From the NCBI GenBank assembly GCA_965206695.1, contig CBDBKM010000008.1:64001-128000 (forward strand): DNA of 64,000 nt, read 5' to 3'. The notes beneath the pieces are model-generated. The model was not told the origin of the DNA. It worked only from the letters and a program-made list of their open reading frames with translations, and ran no database searches. The translations under genes and the position numbers were made by a program. This DNA comes from Chlamydiales bacterium (GTDB taxonomy: Bacteria; Chlamydiota; Chlamydiia; Chlamydiales; JAAZZY01). Positions 31,261-42,078 of the stretch are shown piece after piece; within the stretch, counting starts at the first letter, position 1, and each line of letters opens with the position of its first letter.

Positions 31261-33028
31261 CCGACATTCCTAGACCTCTAAACAAGTTTTTCTAATTAAG
31301 CCATACATCCTCATTGCAGTCTTTCCAAACAAAACAATAATCTTTTTCCGAAGACGGGTTAAATTTGTGATCATTTCTTTACAAATTCTCCGGGAAGTCT
31401 TCTGAAAAAAACGGATTATTCCGATACCTTCCATAATTTGGAAAATCCATCTTAATGTTGGATTTTTGACTTCCTTTCCTAATTGGTTGGGTAATGTCTC
31501 TTCTGTTTCTATCAATTTTTGTCGAAGTTGATATTGTCCGATATTATAAACCATTAAACACAATGTCATAACCATCATTAATGCTTCAATGCGTCGAGGG
31601 GTTTTTAAAAAAATAGAATCAACCATAAACCAAGGATCTTTTAAAAAGCGAAACCCTCCTTCAACCTTTTGCTGTTCTTTATATTCTTCTAACATCATCT
31701 CATCTTTATAATTTTCTCTATCGGTGTCATTCGCAGCTAAAATAAACCGTCCTTTTCTATTCATCAGTTTATTAATTTCTTCTTCTTCCCTTTCAAAGCT
31801 AGCATGAATCTTGTATCCAACAACTTGTTTTTCCTCTCCTTGTTTAGGTTTGCCTAATTTACCATATTTTAGAATCGGCAATATCTCACTATTCATGGAA
31901 TATAAATGATTTTTTTTAGTCAATCTGCCCCAAGCTTTTTTAGCATCACTTTCGCATTTAAATTCCTCATTACCCAAATGCCAAAGTTGTTTCTTGAGCT
32001 TTTCTTCTGCCTTGGTCAATTTTTTTTCTAATGATTTTATCTCTCTCTGATAGGCTTGCTCTGAAAAAACCAAAAGCCATCTTTGTTTAATCCCTCCATA
32101 AAAAGAGGTGAAGCTGCATGTTTTATATCCTTTCTCCTGATCAATCCAATCAATTTCTTCTTCCGGTTTTTCTACTAATCTTTTTGCTTCTCCTATTATC
32201 TCGGGAACTCGGGTGAGCCATTTATAATCATTATTTTTTAAGAGCTTTTCTTTTGTGTATAACGCTGAATCGGCAACCCACTTCAACTTTGTTTTTACAT
32301 CAATCTGTTGTTGAAATTCACTGATTTTTTTGAGCGTCTCATGAAAACTTGCTTTATCAGAACTATTGCCGTCTAAGGCTTCCATCCATAGAGGCATAGA
32401 ACTCGGACCATTGGTAACGAGAGAAAGTACAACTTGTTTCAAATCAGGTCTATGATCTTTAGAATAACCCTGCTTAATCTCAATCACTTGCGGATCATCT
32501 TTCACTTCATACGACCCATGAACGGAAAAGCTTGTTGTATCTAGATGATGCGTTTTTTGTAGTAAATCATGGTCTAGGGCTATTCCAAAAGAAACTTCAG
32601 CAAATAATTTACTGCTCCCATATTTCGCAATATCATCCAAAGCATGACCTAAAGTATAATCTGTGAGATCTTCTGCTCGAAGATCGTTGCCAAGTAAATT
32701 CTCTATCGATTTAGAAGCAAAAAATTGATGTGTTAGGTAGAGACGTCTATTAGTAAACCCTAATCCATTCAGAATCATTGCAATTACTGCCTGTCCCGCA
32801 CTTACTTTTCTTTGTGGATGATTTTTTAATCCGGTATCAATCCTTTCTGCTACTTTTAGATCGCTGCAAAGTGCTGCAATTAATCCATGGTGATCCATGT
32901 TCACTGTTTGAATATTATCTCCTGCAACTTCCGGCATAACTTTTCTCCTTGTATCAAATAAAAAGTAACAGGATAGGCAATCTATAATTCTAATTCAAAA
33001 AAAATATCTTACGGTCTAGGAATGTCGG
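31261..33028 (-). mobile_element. IS1634-family element, intact
   Basis: Perfect 16-bp TIRs ccgacattcctagacc / ggtctaggaatgtcgg; 6-bp target duplication ATATAC at 31255-31260 and 33029-33034. Confidence 0.95.
31270..32937 (-). CDS. IS1634-family transposase
   Basis: 555 aa; HLDTTS, GYSKDHRPDLKQ, VADSALY and VEGGFRFLK motifs. Confidence 0.95.
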   Translation of the reverse strand: MPEVAGDNIQTVNMDHHGLIAALCSDLKVAERIDTGLKNHPQRKVSAGQAVIAMILNGLGFTNRRLYLTHQFFASKSIENLLGNDLRAEDLTDYTLGHALDDIAKYGSSKLFAEVSFGIALDHDLLQKTHHLDTTSFSVHGSYEVKDDPQVIEIKQGYSKDHRPDLKQVVLSLVTNGPSSMPLWMEALDGNSSDKASFHETLKKISEFQQQIDVKTKLKWVADSALYTKEKLLKNNDYKWLTRVPEIIGEAKRLVEKPEEEIDWIDQEKGYKTCSFTSFYGGIKQRWLLVFSEQAYQREIKSLEKKLTKAEEKLKKQLWHLGNEEFKCESDAKKAWGRLTKKNHLYSMNSEILPILKYGKLGKPKQGEEKQVVGYKIHASFEREEEEINKLMNRKGRFILAANDTDRENYKDEMMLEEYKEQQKVEGGFRFLKDPWFMVDSIFLKTPRRIEALMMVMTLCLMVYNIGQYQLRQKLIETEETLPNQLGKEVKNPTLRWIFQIMEGIGIIRFFQKTSRRICKEMITNLTRLRKKIIVLFGKTAMRMYGLIRKTCLEV

Positions 33029-33869
33029 ATATACTAATAGCCCCCCTCTCTTTTTCCAAAAAATGAACAAGGAGTATCTACTTTAGACAGTACGACAAAT
33101 GCTGCCTCCCAAGAAGTAGCCTCGACTCTATGTCAACGCTATAATATGCAATGCGCCGGTTTCGGTGGAGGATGGGCGGGAACTAAAAAATTAGGATTGT
33201 CATTCGCGATCTATAGAAAGGTCGATAAACAAGAAGCAAGAGCTATGCTTGTTGACTGCATGCAAGAATTTATTTCTACTGTCAACTCTAATGAAGCATT
33301 AAGACCTTATCTGGATGGCTTACTTTTTACAGAAAAAAATATTCGGTTAGATATCTTTTTAAAAGATTCTAATAATGAACGAATTTATTATCCAAATACC
33401 TGCGTTTTTGGATCTACTGAAGGAGATATATTTTATTATTACAAATCACCTGAAAAGAAATATGGTTATATTGCTACAGAATACGAAACCTTCCAAGAAG
33501 CTCTTTCTATTTTAGAAGAAGAGAATAAAAGTAGAACGCAGGATAATACTCAGATTGCCTATGAAGATACTTCTATCACTCAGGAAAAATAGAAACTTGA
33601 AAAATGCTGCAAAAACGGGTGCAGTGAACTTGATAAATAACCATTATTAACCAAAACAAACCAATAGACCTTTATTGATTTCCTCTCTATACCAGTGGTC
33701 ATTGTGATTGAATATTATTGGTTAGTGTTGTAATACACTGTCCTGTAACTCCATCTCTGTAATGGATACGTTGATCCGAATCCAACCCCCAATATAGCTA
33801 GAATTTTGTATTCTTTCTAAAAAATCGATCTCAATAAGTTAATTATCAAATACTTATTCTTACTCTTAC

Positions 33870-33931
33870 ATAAAGTTGATGCATTATTGCGTCAACTTTA
33901 TATTGACGCAATAATGCATCAACTTTATAAT
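33870..33931 (+). promoter_or_regulatory. Sigma70-type promoter overlapped by twin palindromic operators
   Basis: TTGACG (33903-33908), 17 nt, TATAAT (33926-33931). Perfect 26-bp inverted repeat 33870-33895 / 33903-33928; each arm is itself an imperfect palindrome. Confidence 0.75.
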
Positions 33932-33933
33932 AA

Positions 33934-34398
33934 GAGAAAAAATACGATTGCAAAAGTCTGATTGAAATTATTGGAGAAAAAACACAAAGAAGAAGAGAAC
34001 AGGAAAAATTTGTCCTCCTTACTCTAGCAGATAGTCTAATAGGAAACCATGATCGCCATGGCCGCAATTTAGCTTTTATTCGATCCACTAAAGGCATCCG
34101 GCTTTCTCCTTTCTATGATAATCCATCTGCACTTGCTTTAGAGGACTCATCAATATTAGGAGCGGATTTACAACCAAGAGGATCGATTTTCACAAAAGAT
34201 TCAGATAAACCAACAATGAAAGATTATGTTTTAGAATGGAACCGTTTGGGTTATGGCGACGTTGTTCAGCGTTTTAAGAAAAAACTGTGCCTTAAAACAA
34301 TCAAAAACTTGATAAAGGGAAGTCATTTAAGCGAAAAAAGACAACAAGCTTTGTTACGGCTAATTGTAAAAAGAAATGAGGAACTATGCGATCATTAA
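33934..34398 (+). pseudogene. C-terminal fragment of a HipA/HipT-like kinase
   Basis: Open frame from 33934 containing DSLIGNHDRHGRNLAF and LSPFYD; no ATG before 34216; N-lobe absent. Confidence 0.8.
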
Positions 34399-35018
34399 AA
34401 ACCATCGGTATATTTGTGTTTCTAAAAAAAAGAAAAACCCAAACACTTGTGGGAAGATTATACCAAATCGATCAAAAATTAGTTTTTATTTACGAAGATT
34501 CTTATTTCAATGCTAAAAATAGTATTGCTCTAGGCCCCGAATTCCCTCTAACTCAAAAAGAATTTTCTTCGGATAAACTATTCCCGTCTCTTGAAGATCG
34601 TATTCCTTCTGTTCAAAATCCGGCCTATCCGGAATATTGTCTAGCTATGGGAATTGATCCTGATGAACAAGATCCATTTATTCTCTTGTCTACAATTGGA
34701 AGTAAGGGGCCTTCTTCTTTTATTTTTTATCCTATTTTTAAGCGAGATATACCTCTCAAAGACATTGTTGAATTCAGACATATGCTGGGGCTTACTACTC
34801 GTGAATTTGCAGCTGTTTTTGAATTTTCTCAAAATTCATTAAATGCTCTTGAAAGGGGTCGAAGAGGAGGCGTTGAAATTTTAAAACGATTAGAAATCCT
34901 TTTGCACTTCCCCAATGTTGCCTTATATTTCTTATTGGTTAACAGTGGCTATTTAGCTCATGAAAAGTGGGTAGCGGCAAGTGAAAAAATCAAAAAGTTA
35001 GCCAAAAATAAGTCGTAG
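34386..35018 (+). CDS. HipA N-terminal (HipS-like) domain fused to an XRE helix-turn-helix
   Basis: VGRL...FIYEDSY...LPLTQ-like...LFPSLEDRIP N-domain; C-terminal FRHMLGLTTREFAAVFEFSQNSLNALERG. Confidence 0.75.
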   Translation: MRSLKTIGIFVFLKKRKTQTLVGRLYQIDQKLVFIYEDSYFNAKNSIALGPEFPLTQKEFSSDKLFPSLEDRIPSVQNPAYPEYCLAMGIDPDEQDPFILLSTIGSKGPSSFIFYPIFKRDIPLKDIVEFRHMLGLTTREFAAVFEFSQNSLNALERGRRGGVEILKRLEILLHFPNVALYFLLVNSGYLAHEKWVAASEKIKKLAKNKS

Positions 35019-35139
35019 AAAAAAAATACCTAAAGAGTTTCATCACATCCGCAAAGCAGCCAACAATGGGGCTATTCTTTTACAATAAAAAGTTCTGAAT
35101 GCGTCCAATCGCCCCCATACATTGGACCAGAATAGAACT

Positions 35140-35345
35140 GAATTAAATAGAAATCCGCAAATATAAATTATAATAATCTGCGTACATATCTATGGGGACT
35201 TTATTACGAGCTCCCTTATTCAAAAGAAAATCCGCAATCGTTTTTTCTCTTTTTTTTACAGCGACCTGAAAAGGCGTTAAGCCACTTGCATCTACAGTAT
35301 CAACCTTTACTCCATAATTTATAGATGTTTTTACAAGAGCTAATT
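35140..35345 (-). pseudogene. Ankyrin-repeat gene remnant
   Basis: Minus strand reads YGVKVDTVDASGLTPFQVAVKKKRKTIADFLLNKGA, matching the ankyrin consensus; no start codon context. Confidence 0.6.
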
Positions 35346-35472
35346 TTGTTCGACTATCTAATCAAGCTTCTTGTATTAAAAGTTGCAGCAATTTATGCCC
35401 ATTAATATTGTGCTGATTGATATCTTTTTCTTTAAATATTATCAATATCAAGTCAGTTATGCAGAGGTCTTT

Positions 35473-35682
35473 TTAATCAAAAAAAGATTCAAACGCTTCT
35501 CGAATAATAGAGCTTGAATCGCTGTTTTTAATTCCTTTTACTTTTTTATCGATGCCAAACAATTTCAGTTTTCCAAGAAGATCACCCGGAAGTGTAATCG
35601 TTACCTTTAAAAAACGGCCCCTATTTCCTCTCGATGGGCTATATTTATGACAATCAAGCGAGAAAACCCTTTGCTTGAGCAC
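35473..35682 (-). CDS. Small ribbon-helix-helix-like protein or remnant
   Basis: KVTITLPGDLLGKLK...SSIIREAFESFF pattern resembling RHH proteins. Confidence 0.35.
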   Translation of the reverse strand: MLKQRVFSLDCHKYSPSRGNRGRFLKVTITLPGDLLGKLKLFGIDKKVKGIKNSDSSSIIREAFESFFD

Positions 35683-35809
35683 CGGGATGATAGTGCCTAC
35701 CTTAGTTAAGGTTTATATTAAAACAAAACGACTTGATTGTACAACTCTCAACCCTAAATCAATAAAGTTGGTTTTATTGAGTTATCAGCCAATTCAGATT
35801 TGTTATAGT

Positions 35810-36060
35810 CAGGAGTTTCGCGTGTAATTGTTAACACATAGCCAAACTATTTTGCATATTTAAATCAATAGCGGGCTTTATAATACCCCAAATCTTGTGG
35901 ATAAAAAGGTATTTTATCTCGCTTCCTTCGCTTAAATTTGTGTAACCAAACATAAATAGACATAAAAATATAGGCATAGCTATACTTGGAAATTTAGCCG
36001 GATCGCAACACTCTCTTTTACGAAAAAAATGTGAAAAATTTATAAACAAAAACAATTAAG
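35810..36060 (-). mobile_element. IS701-like 3' remnant
   Basis: Reverse complement of 35810-35890 matches 51790-51869 (ataaagcccgctatt...gcgaaactcctg). Confidence 0.65.
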
Positions 36061-36444
36061 GAAAAAAAGATGTTGCTTAATCATAAATTGTTAATCAAGG
36101 CAAATCAGGTAACCCTTTATGAACTGAAAAAATTACCTGCTCCTTGATTTTGCGTAAGGTGAGTTATTAAGCAGATGATCAAATTTAAAGTTTTAAGACG
36201 ACACTATTTATATCAAAGTTTTTTTCTAAACAAACACATGAAATTTTTCATTTCTATATGGACTGTTAAACCGGTTTTATTTATTTTATAATCAATGATT
36301 TGAGATCGTATGTGGCAAAGAATGGAAAGGGGGTAATTTTTTTTATTTTTTCATTCCTTTTGCTTTTTAGTATCTTATCTATTACAAAAAAAGATTATTT
36401 GTATAAAAACATAGTTTGCGAAATAACAAGTCAAGCAAAACGTT

Positions 36445-36861
36445 ATGGCAATAGAAGACTATTTAAAAGCGTTATTACAAGAGTTGAATCTTGACGATAA
36501 AATTTATGCAGATGAGAAAAAGATTTATCATCTTACTTTAGAGGATAATCTTGTAATATTTGTAAAGGATCTCAATCCCGGTTTTTATTTTCTTTGTCAA
36601 TTAATGCCTGTGCCGGAAGAAAATCCGGAAAATATTTTTATGGCATTAATGTTAGGGAATCTCTTCGGACAAGGAACGGGAGGAAGTGTTATTGCTATTG
36701 ATCAAGAAAGTAATATGTTGACACTCTCGTTTGCTTTACCGTATAGGTTTACTTTCCAAGAATTTAGGAATCAGTTAGAAGATTTCACAAATTATGTGGA
36801 TTTCTGGCGAAGAGAAGCAGTTAATATTCAAGAGGGTCGGGCCAGTATTTTATTGCCTTAG
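36445..36861 (+). CDS. Class I T3SS chaperone (CesT/SycE type, CT663/Scc4-like)
   Basis: Acidic 138-aa protein with LMLGNLFGQGTGG and FTNYVDFWR; first gene of the cds cluster. Confidence 0.85.
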   Translation: MAIEDYLKALLQELNLDDKIYADEKKIYHLTLEDNLVIFVKDLNPGFYFLCQLMPVPEENPENIFMALMLGNLFGQGTGGSVIAIDQESNMLTLSFALPYRFTFQEFRNQLEDFTNYVDFWRREAVNIQEGRASILLP

Positions 36862-36963
36862 AATAGGCTTGGCTTGTAGTGTTTAGAAGCTGTGTTTATC
36901 TCTTTATAATTTACTCTTTCATAATATTAGAGATATATTTGGATATAGGGGAAGAAGTTTTAC

Positions 36964-38865
36964 ATGGTCGCTAAGTTCATTGCAGAAGAAGGACCTCTAA
37001 CGGGTTTGGTCCTTACTTTGGATGATGGGGATGCTTGGATCGTCGGAAGAGATCCAAGTGAGTGTGATATTATTCTCGACGATTCCAAAGTAAGCCGAAA
37101 GCATTTCATCTGTCGTAAAGTTCAAGAAGAATATGTGCTTCAGAACTTAAGCGAGACTAATCCTGTTTTCGTAAATGAAGATCAAGTCGTAGAATCTCAC
37201 TCCTTAAGAGAAGGTGATCGAGTAAAAGTCGGTGATTCATGGTTTCGTTTTGTCATAGAAAAGGAGGCCGAAACTCGAGCAAAAGATCAATATGATGATA
37301 TTTTTGATGATGAAGAGTCTCATAAGGGTGAAGAAGAAACAGAAGAAGAGTTTCAAGCTGCTAAGGAAGCTAAAGAAGGCTTATCTGATGAAGAGGCTTT
37401 GAAAGCAGACGAAGAAGAAGTTGATACTCAGTATGACACAATCTTTAATGACTCCGAAGATGCTTTTGACGGATTTACGAATATTAATGAAGATTTTGCT
37501 GAAGGGGCACGCTGGGTTTTAAAAGTTCTTGCGGGTCCTAACACAGGAGCTGAATTTGCCATGGCCGGTGGCAAATCCTATGTGATAGGTAAAGACGTTG
37601 CCTCATGTGATATTTTATTTCATGATTTAAGTGTTTCCCGCAACCATGCCAAATTGACTATTAGTTCTGATGGAGTGGTTGCCATTGAAGATTTGGGATC
37701 TAGAAATGGCATTATCATAGATGGATTGCCCGTTCCTGATAGACGGGAACTTACTTCTCAAAACTTAGTCACATTAGGTACGACAACTTTTGTCGTGATA
37801 GATAGAGAGGCTCAATCGGAAACGATAGTTTCTATACCCCATCCTATAGAATCAAAAGTAGAAAAAAAATCGACAGAAGAAGCTCCGGTTCATGAAAAAG
37901 TAGTCGATAAAAAGGAACAAGAGGTAGAAGAAGAGACTATTCGGATTGGAAAATATCAAGTCTCTCCGGGAAACTTTATTATTACCGGTATTTTAGCAGC
38001 TGTTATATTGGTTATAGGTATTGGTATTGTTACACTATTCTCTAGTAAGGAACCCTCAGCTGTAACTCATCTCGATTCAGGAAAAAACATCCAAGAGGTT
38101 ATAAAAGATTTTCCTGATATTCAGTATACCTATAATTCTCAGACGGGGATTCTCTTTATCTTGGGACATGTATCAACCTCTGTTGATAAAGAACAACTTC
38201 TTTATTATCTGAATGCTTTAAAGTTTATTAAGAAAATAGATGATAATGTAGTGGTTGATGAGTATGTTTGGCGAGAAATGAATCAGGTGCTTGCAAGACA
38301 TATAGCTTGGAGGGGGGTAAGTATTCACGCTCCTGTTCCCGGTCGTTTTGTTTTAAGTGGCTATCTTGCTACTAGAGAGCAGGGAGCAGAATTATCAGAT
38401 TATGTCAGTATCAATTTTCCTTATATTGATCGACTAATTAACCATGTCGTAATTGAAGAAAATCTTTATCAAGACATACTTTCTCAACTTCAAAATCAAG
38501 CATTGAATAATGTTAACATTGAGCTTTCAAATGGTCTTGTTACATTAACCGGCTATATAGGGGTGTCACAAAAAGATACGTTTTATAAAGTCTTAAGACA
38601 ATTGAAGAAGGCCCCCGGTGTTAGACAGGTTAATGATTATGTCATTATTACTTCTGAGGAGGGTTACTCAAATGCTCGGACCCTTCAAGGCTATCAAATT
38701 ACAGGTTATGCAGCTCATGATGATCTGAATATGAGCATTGTTATCAATGGTCAAATCCTAACAGTAGGTTCTCAATTGAATGAAATGGTAATTATCGCAA
38801 TTGAAAATGATGAGATTTATTTAGAGAAAAATGGCTTGAAATATAAAATTGATTATAATAGATAA
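36964..38865 (+). CDS. cdsD: T3SS inner membrane ring protein CdsD (two FHA domains, TM, BON-like domains)
   Basis: GRD...SRKH and GKD...SVSRNH FHA motifs, one TM helix, C-terminal GLKYKIDYNR; cluster position. Confidence 0.93.
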   Translation: MVAKFIAEEGPLTGLVLTLDDGDAWIVGRDPSECDIILDDSKVSRKHFICRKVQEEYVLQNLSETNPVFVNEDQVVESHSLREGDRVKVGDSWFRFVIEKEAETRAKDQYDDIFDDEESHKGEEETEEEFQAAKEAKEGLSDEEALKADEEEVDTQYDTIFNDSEDAFDGFTNINEDFAEGARWVLKVLAGPNTGAEFAMAGGKSYVIGKDVASCDILFHDLSVSRNHAKLTISSDGVVAIEDLGSRNGIIIDGLPVPDRRELTSQNLVTLGTTTFVVIDREAQSETIVSIPHPIESKVEKKSTEEAPVHEKVVDKKEQEVEEETIRIGKYQVSPGNFIITGILAAVILVIGIGIVTLFSSKEPSAVTHLDSGKNIQEVIKDFPDIQYTYNSQTGILFILGHVSTSVDKEQLLYYLNALKFIKKIDDNVVVDEYVWREMNQVLARHIAWRGVSIHAPVPGRFVLSGYLATREQGAELSDYVSINFPYIDRLINHVVIEENLYQDILSQLQNQALNNVNIELSNGLVTLTGYIGVSQKDTFYKVLRQLKKAPGVRQVNDYVIITSEEGYSNARTLQGYQITGYAAHDDLNMSIVINGQILTVGSQLNEMVIIAIENDEIYLEKNGLKYKIDYNR

Positions 38866-38908
38866 CTTAAAATGGAAAAAAGCCAATGCAACATAATGAG
38901 GTTAAAGT

Positions 38909-39166
38909 ATGTTCGGTTTAAAAAATGAACAGGGCGATGGTGATAAGATGGAGGAAACCGTTTTTGAACTTGAAGAACAGTTAAGCAACCCTAAAAAATG
39001 TAATGAAATGCAAAAAATGCTAAAACAACGAATTAGTAAACTAAAGTCGTATTTAAGAGAAGGACACTCTAAAGGCGAATTCGAAGGTTTAGGTACTCTT
39101 TTACATGGATATTGGTCCGGTCTTAGAATTATTGCAAGAATGAAGAAGAAAGCGAATGGGAAATAA
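38909..39166 (+). CDS. cdsE: T3SS needle chaperone CdsE
   Basis: FELEEQL...LREG...LLHGY pattern; position between cdsD and the needle gene. Confidence 0.8.
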   Translation: MFGLKNEQGDGDKMEETVFELEEQLSNPKKCNEMQKMLKQRISKLKSYLREGHSKGEFEGLGTLLHGYWSGLRIIARMKKKANGK

Positions 39167-39203
39167 GCTTTAAGCTCTGAATTAACATCAAGGAGTTTTG
39201 ATT

Positions 39204-39431
39204 ATGAGTATATATTGGCGTCCTATGGCTGATGCTATTAAGCAAACAGTAAGTGCTGTATCAAAAGAATTATCAGCCGTACAAAGTGCTACCAGTTCTA
39301 TGAAGTTAGAGGCTACTGCCAGTCTACAATGGAAAATGGCTATAATGCAGCAGGTATTACAGGCATCTTCAAACGTGACTGAGGGGTGCTTATCAACAGC
39401 TAAAAATGCGATCGGTAATATGAATAGATAA
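39204..39431 (+). CDS. cdsF: T3SS needle subunit CdsF (divergent)
   Basis: Small helical protein with LQWKMAIMQQ...SNV; AGGAG upstream of ATG 39204; syntenic position. Confidence 0.7.
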   Translation: MSIYWRPMADAIKQTVSAVSKELSAVQSATSSMKLEATASLQWKMAIMQQVLQASSNVTEGCLSTAKNAIGNMNR

Positions 39432-39515
39432 TTTATATTGAGGACTTTTAAGCTTTTAGTTTTAAGTCATCTCTGTCATTAATACTATCCTTATAAAAGT
39501 GAAGAGGTTTTAAGT

Positions 39516-39998
39516 ATGGATATAGAACAAGTAATAAAGGAATTTGAAAAAGATTGTGCTTTGTTAACGGAGTTGGGATTCGTTGCTATCAAGCAAATCG
39601 ATGAAGACGCTGCTAAGAAGTGCTTTTATGCAGCTCTAATTGCAAATGCCAGAGAGAGTATGCCGGTTATTGGATTAGGGATGGTTTTTATGTTGAATTT
39701 AGAACTTGAAGAAGCATCTCGCTTGTTTGCATTTGTTCTTAATTTAGAGCCTGATAATGAGATGGCAAAAGCTATGCTTGGAGTATCTAAACTATTTAAG
39801 TTGAATGATAAATCCATTGATGATGGTGGAGCATTGATCGAGCAAGTTCTGAAAAAGAGCGATGATCCGACTGTTCTTTTACTTGCTAAAAATGCGGTTA
39901 AACTTAGAGATGAGATTAATGAAAAAATGAAGGATTTACATCCTTTAGAATCAGGAAGAAAAAAAAGTCCGCAACAAAAGTTGGAGGATATGAAGTAA
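39516..39998 (+). CDS. cdsG: T3SS needle chaperone CdsG (TPR)
   Basis: LLTELGFVAIKQIDED...LEPDNEMAKAMLG TPR-like sequence; synteny. Confidence 0.82.
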   Translation: MDIEQVIKEFEKDCALLTELGFVAIKQIDEDAAKKCFYAALIANARESMPVIGLGMVFMLNLELEEASRLFAFVLNLEPDNEMAKAMLGVSKLFKLNDKSIDDGGALIEQVLKKSDDPTVLLLAKNAVKLRDEINEKMKDLHPLESGRKKSPQQKLEDMK

Positions 39999-40035
39999 GC
40001 TTCATATTTTGATCATACGATAAAAGGATATTAAT

Positions 40036-40722
40036 ATGGCTGAAGGAAGCCCAATTAGTGGCAAGGGGGATGCTAATCCTCTAAAGTCGATACCCGAAAA
40101 TTTCCCCGGCGTTGGGGGCAGTCAGGCCCCTTCAGGGCAGTCATTTAGTTCAGCCATGGATACTGACGGCACTCAGGTAAACCGGCCGGATCAAATCACT
40201 CCAATGAAAATGGCTGAGAACTCTCAAGCCGGTATGCAATCGGGCAAAGTATCCCCGTCAGAGTTTATAAGTAACTTAAACAATGCTATTGCTCAAATGA
40301 ACTCTTTACAATCGACTCTCAATAATCCCGGCTTGAAATTAAATCAGCGTACCAGAAAACTTCTAAAAGCGAAATTATCACGCACTCAAGAGAATATCGA
40401 CTACATTAGTACACATTTGGATACAGATCCGGATAGAGAAGGATCTCGTAAGAGAGCAACAGTACCTGACGTCGATAGCAAAGATGATCATAAAGATGTG
40501 GTGAAAAAATTTGTCGGATATTTAGCCGATGGGCAAGACCAACTGCAAGGTGCGATGGAAGATGCCAAAAATATATATAGTAAAGATCCCGGTATTATGA
40601 TGACTAAGATTTTTGCGATGCAGGTAAAACTGTATCGAGCCCAAGTTGAAATTGAATTTTCAACAGCAGTTGTTCAGAAATCAATTGATGATATTAAGAC
40701 CCTAATGAGTGTACAATTGTAG
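40036..40722 (+). CDS. Chlamydial T3SS cluster protein (CT668-like)
   Basis: KFVGYLADGQDQL...MQVKLYRAQVEIEFSTAVV...IKTLMSVQL; position before cdsN. Confidence 0.75.
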   Translation: MAEGSPISGKGDANPLKSIPENFPGVGGSQAPSGQSFSSAMDTDGTQVNRPDQITPMKMAENSQAGMQSGKVSPSEFISNLNNAIAQMNSLQSTLNNPGLKLNQRTRKLLKAKLSRTQENIDYISTHLDTDPDREGSRKRATVPDVDSKDDHKDVVKKFVGYLADGQDQLQGAMEDAKNIYSKDPGIMMTKIFAMQVKLYRAQVEIEFSTAVVQKSIDDIKTLMSVQL

Positions 40723-40758
40723 TGAAGGATCTGAATCACCGTCAGGAAATAATATAGT

Positions 40759-42078
40759 ATGGACTTTGGAAAAGATTTTGATAAATTGCTCAGTGGCTTA
40801 GAAGACATAGATCTTACGACAGTTCATGGTCGTATTACCGAAGTGGTAGGGATGTTGATCAAGGCTGTCATTCCTCAAGTTAAAATTGGGGAAGTTTGCT
40901 TAATTAAGCGTGAAAATTTAGAGCCTTTAAGAACAGAAGTGGTTGGTTTTACTCAAGATGAGGTGTTTTTATCGCCTTTAGGTGATTTAACAGGAGTAGG
41001 CCCCTCTTCCGAAGTCATTCCTACAAGACTTCCCCTTCATATTAAAGTGGGGGAAAATTTATTAGGCCGAGTATTAAATGGACTTGGTGAGCCTATTGAT
41101 ACCGATACTAAAGGTCCTTTAGAATTAGATGAAATAGCATCGATTGTGCGAGCGCCTCCGGATCCTTTAAAGAGAAAGCTTATTAAAAAGCCTATATCTG
41201 TAGGTGTACGTTGTATCGATGGAGTTTTATCTACAGGCGAAGGTCAGCGTATTGGTATTTTTGCCGGGGCCGGAGTGGGTAAATCCACGTTACTCGGAAT
41301 GATTGCCCGTAATGCTAAAGCTGATGTTAACGTTATTTCTTTGATTGGAGAGAGGGGAAGAGAGTTAAGAGAGTTTATCGAGCACGATCTTGGAGAAGAA
41401 GGAATCAAAAGATCAGTTGTAGTTGTTTCCACTTCGGATCAACCTTCACAAGTGAGGTTGAATGCGGCTTATGTTGGAACAACAATTGCCGAATATTTTC
41501 GCGATCAAGGTAAATCGGTTATCTTAATGATGGATTCGGTGACACGTTTTGCCAGAGCTTTAAGAGAGGTGGGCCTTGCAAAAGGTGAGCCTCCTGCCAG
41601 AGCAGGTTTTACTCCTTCAGTGTTTGCGACGCTGCCGAAGCTTTTGGAACGTTCAGGTAATTCAGATAAAGGATCAATTACAGGGTTATATACTATTTTA
41701 GTAGAAGGAAACGATATGAGTGAACCTGTTGCCGATGAAACGAAATCAATATTAGATGGACATATCGTGCTTTCTCAGGACTTAGCTCAAGCGTTTCATT
41801 ATCCTGCTATTGATGTTTTAGGGTCCGTTAGTCGAATCCTTCCCGCCATTGTCAGTAAAGAACATTTAGAGCTTATAGCTAAAATTCGGCAAGTATTATC
41901 AAATTACCAAAAAAATGAAATGTTAATAAGGATTGGTGAATACAAACCGGGTTCAGATAAAGAAGCCGATTTTGCTATTAATTATATTGATAAGGTGAAT
42001 AACTTTTTGAAGCAAAAAGTTGATGAGAAATCGAGCTTTGAAGAGACGTTATTTCAATTACGATCTCTATTTCGTTAA
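40759..42078 (+). CDS. cdsN: T3SS ATPase
   Basis: [32 protein letters not shown] and GHIVLS motifs. Confidence 0.97.
   Translation: MDFGKDFDKLLSGLEDIDLTTVHGRITEVVGMLIKAVIPQVKIGEVCLIKRENLEPLRTEVVGFTQDEVFLSPLGDLTGVGPSSEVIPTRLPLHIKVGENLLGRVLNGLGEPIDTDTKGPLELDEIASIVRAPPDPLKRKLIKKPISVGVRCIDGVLSTGEGQRIGIFAGAGVGKSTLLGMIARNAKADVNVISLIGERGRELREFIEHDLGEEGIKRSVVVVSTSDQPSQVRLNAAYVGTTIAEYFRDQGKSVILMMDSVTRFARALREVGLAKGEPPARAGFTPSVFATLPKLLERSGNSDKGSITGLYTILVEGNDMSEPVADETKSILDGHIVLSQDLAQAFHYPAIDVLGSVSRILPAIVSKEHLELIAKIRQVLSNYQKNEMLIRIGEYKPGSDKEADFAINYIDKVNNFLKQKVDEKSSFEETLFQLRSLFR

Larger units (their letters stand above)
31181..33592 (+). pseudogene. Signal-peptide-bearing chlamydial hypothetical gene (putative immunity partner), split by IS1634
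   Basis: ATG 31181 reads MWSKFQQLLILMNCLFFCLGSSSCSY and continues in frame across the ATATAC target site. A 1-nt shift in the T5/A6 run near 33055 joins it to the ORF ending at 33592. Confidence 0.6.

Noticed and set aside
33870..33928. Long inverted repeat as a rho-independent terminator or transposon end
   Set aside because: AT-rich stem with no U-tract; it overlaps a consensus -35/-10 pair, which fits operators better.
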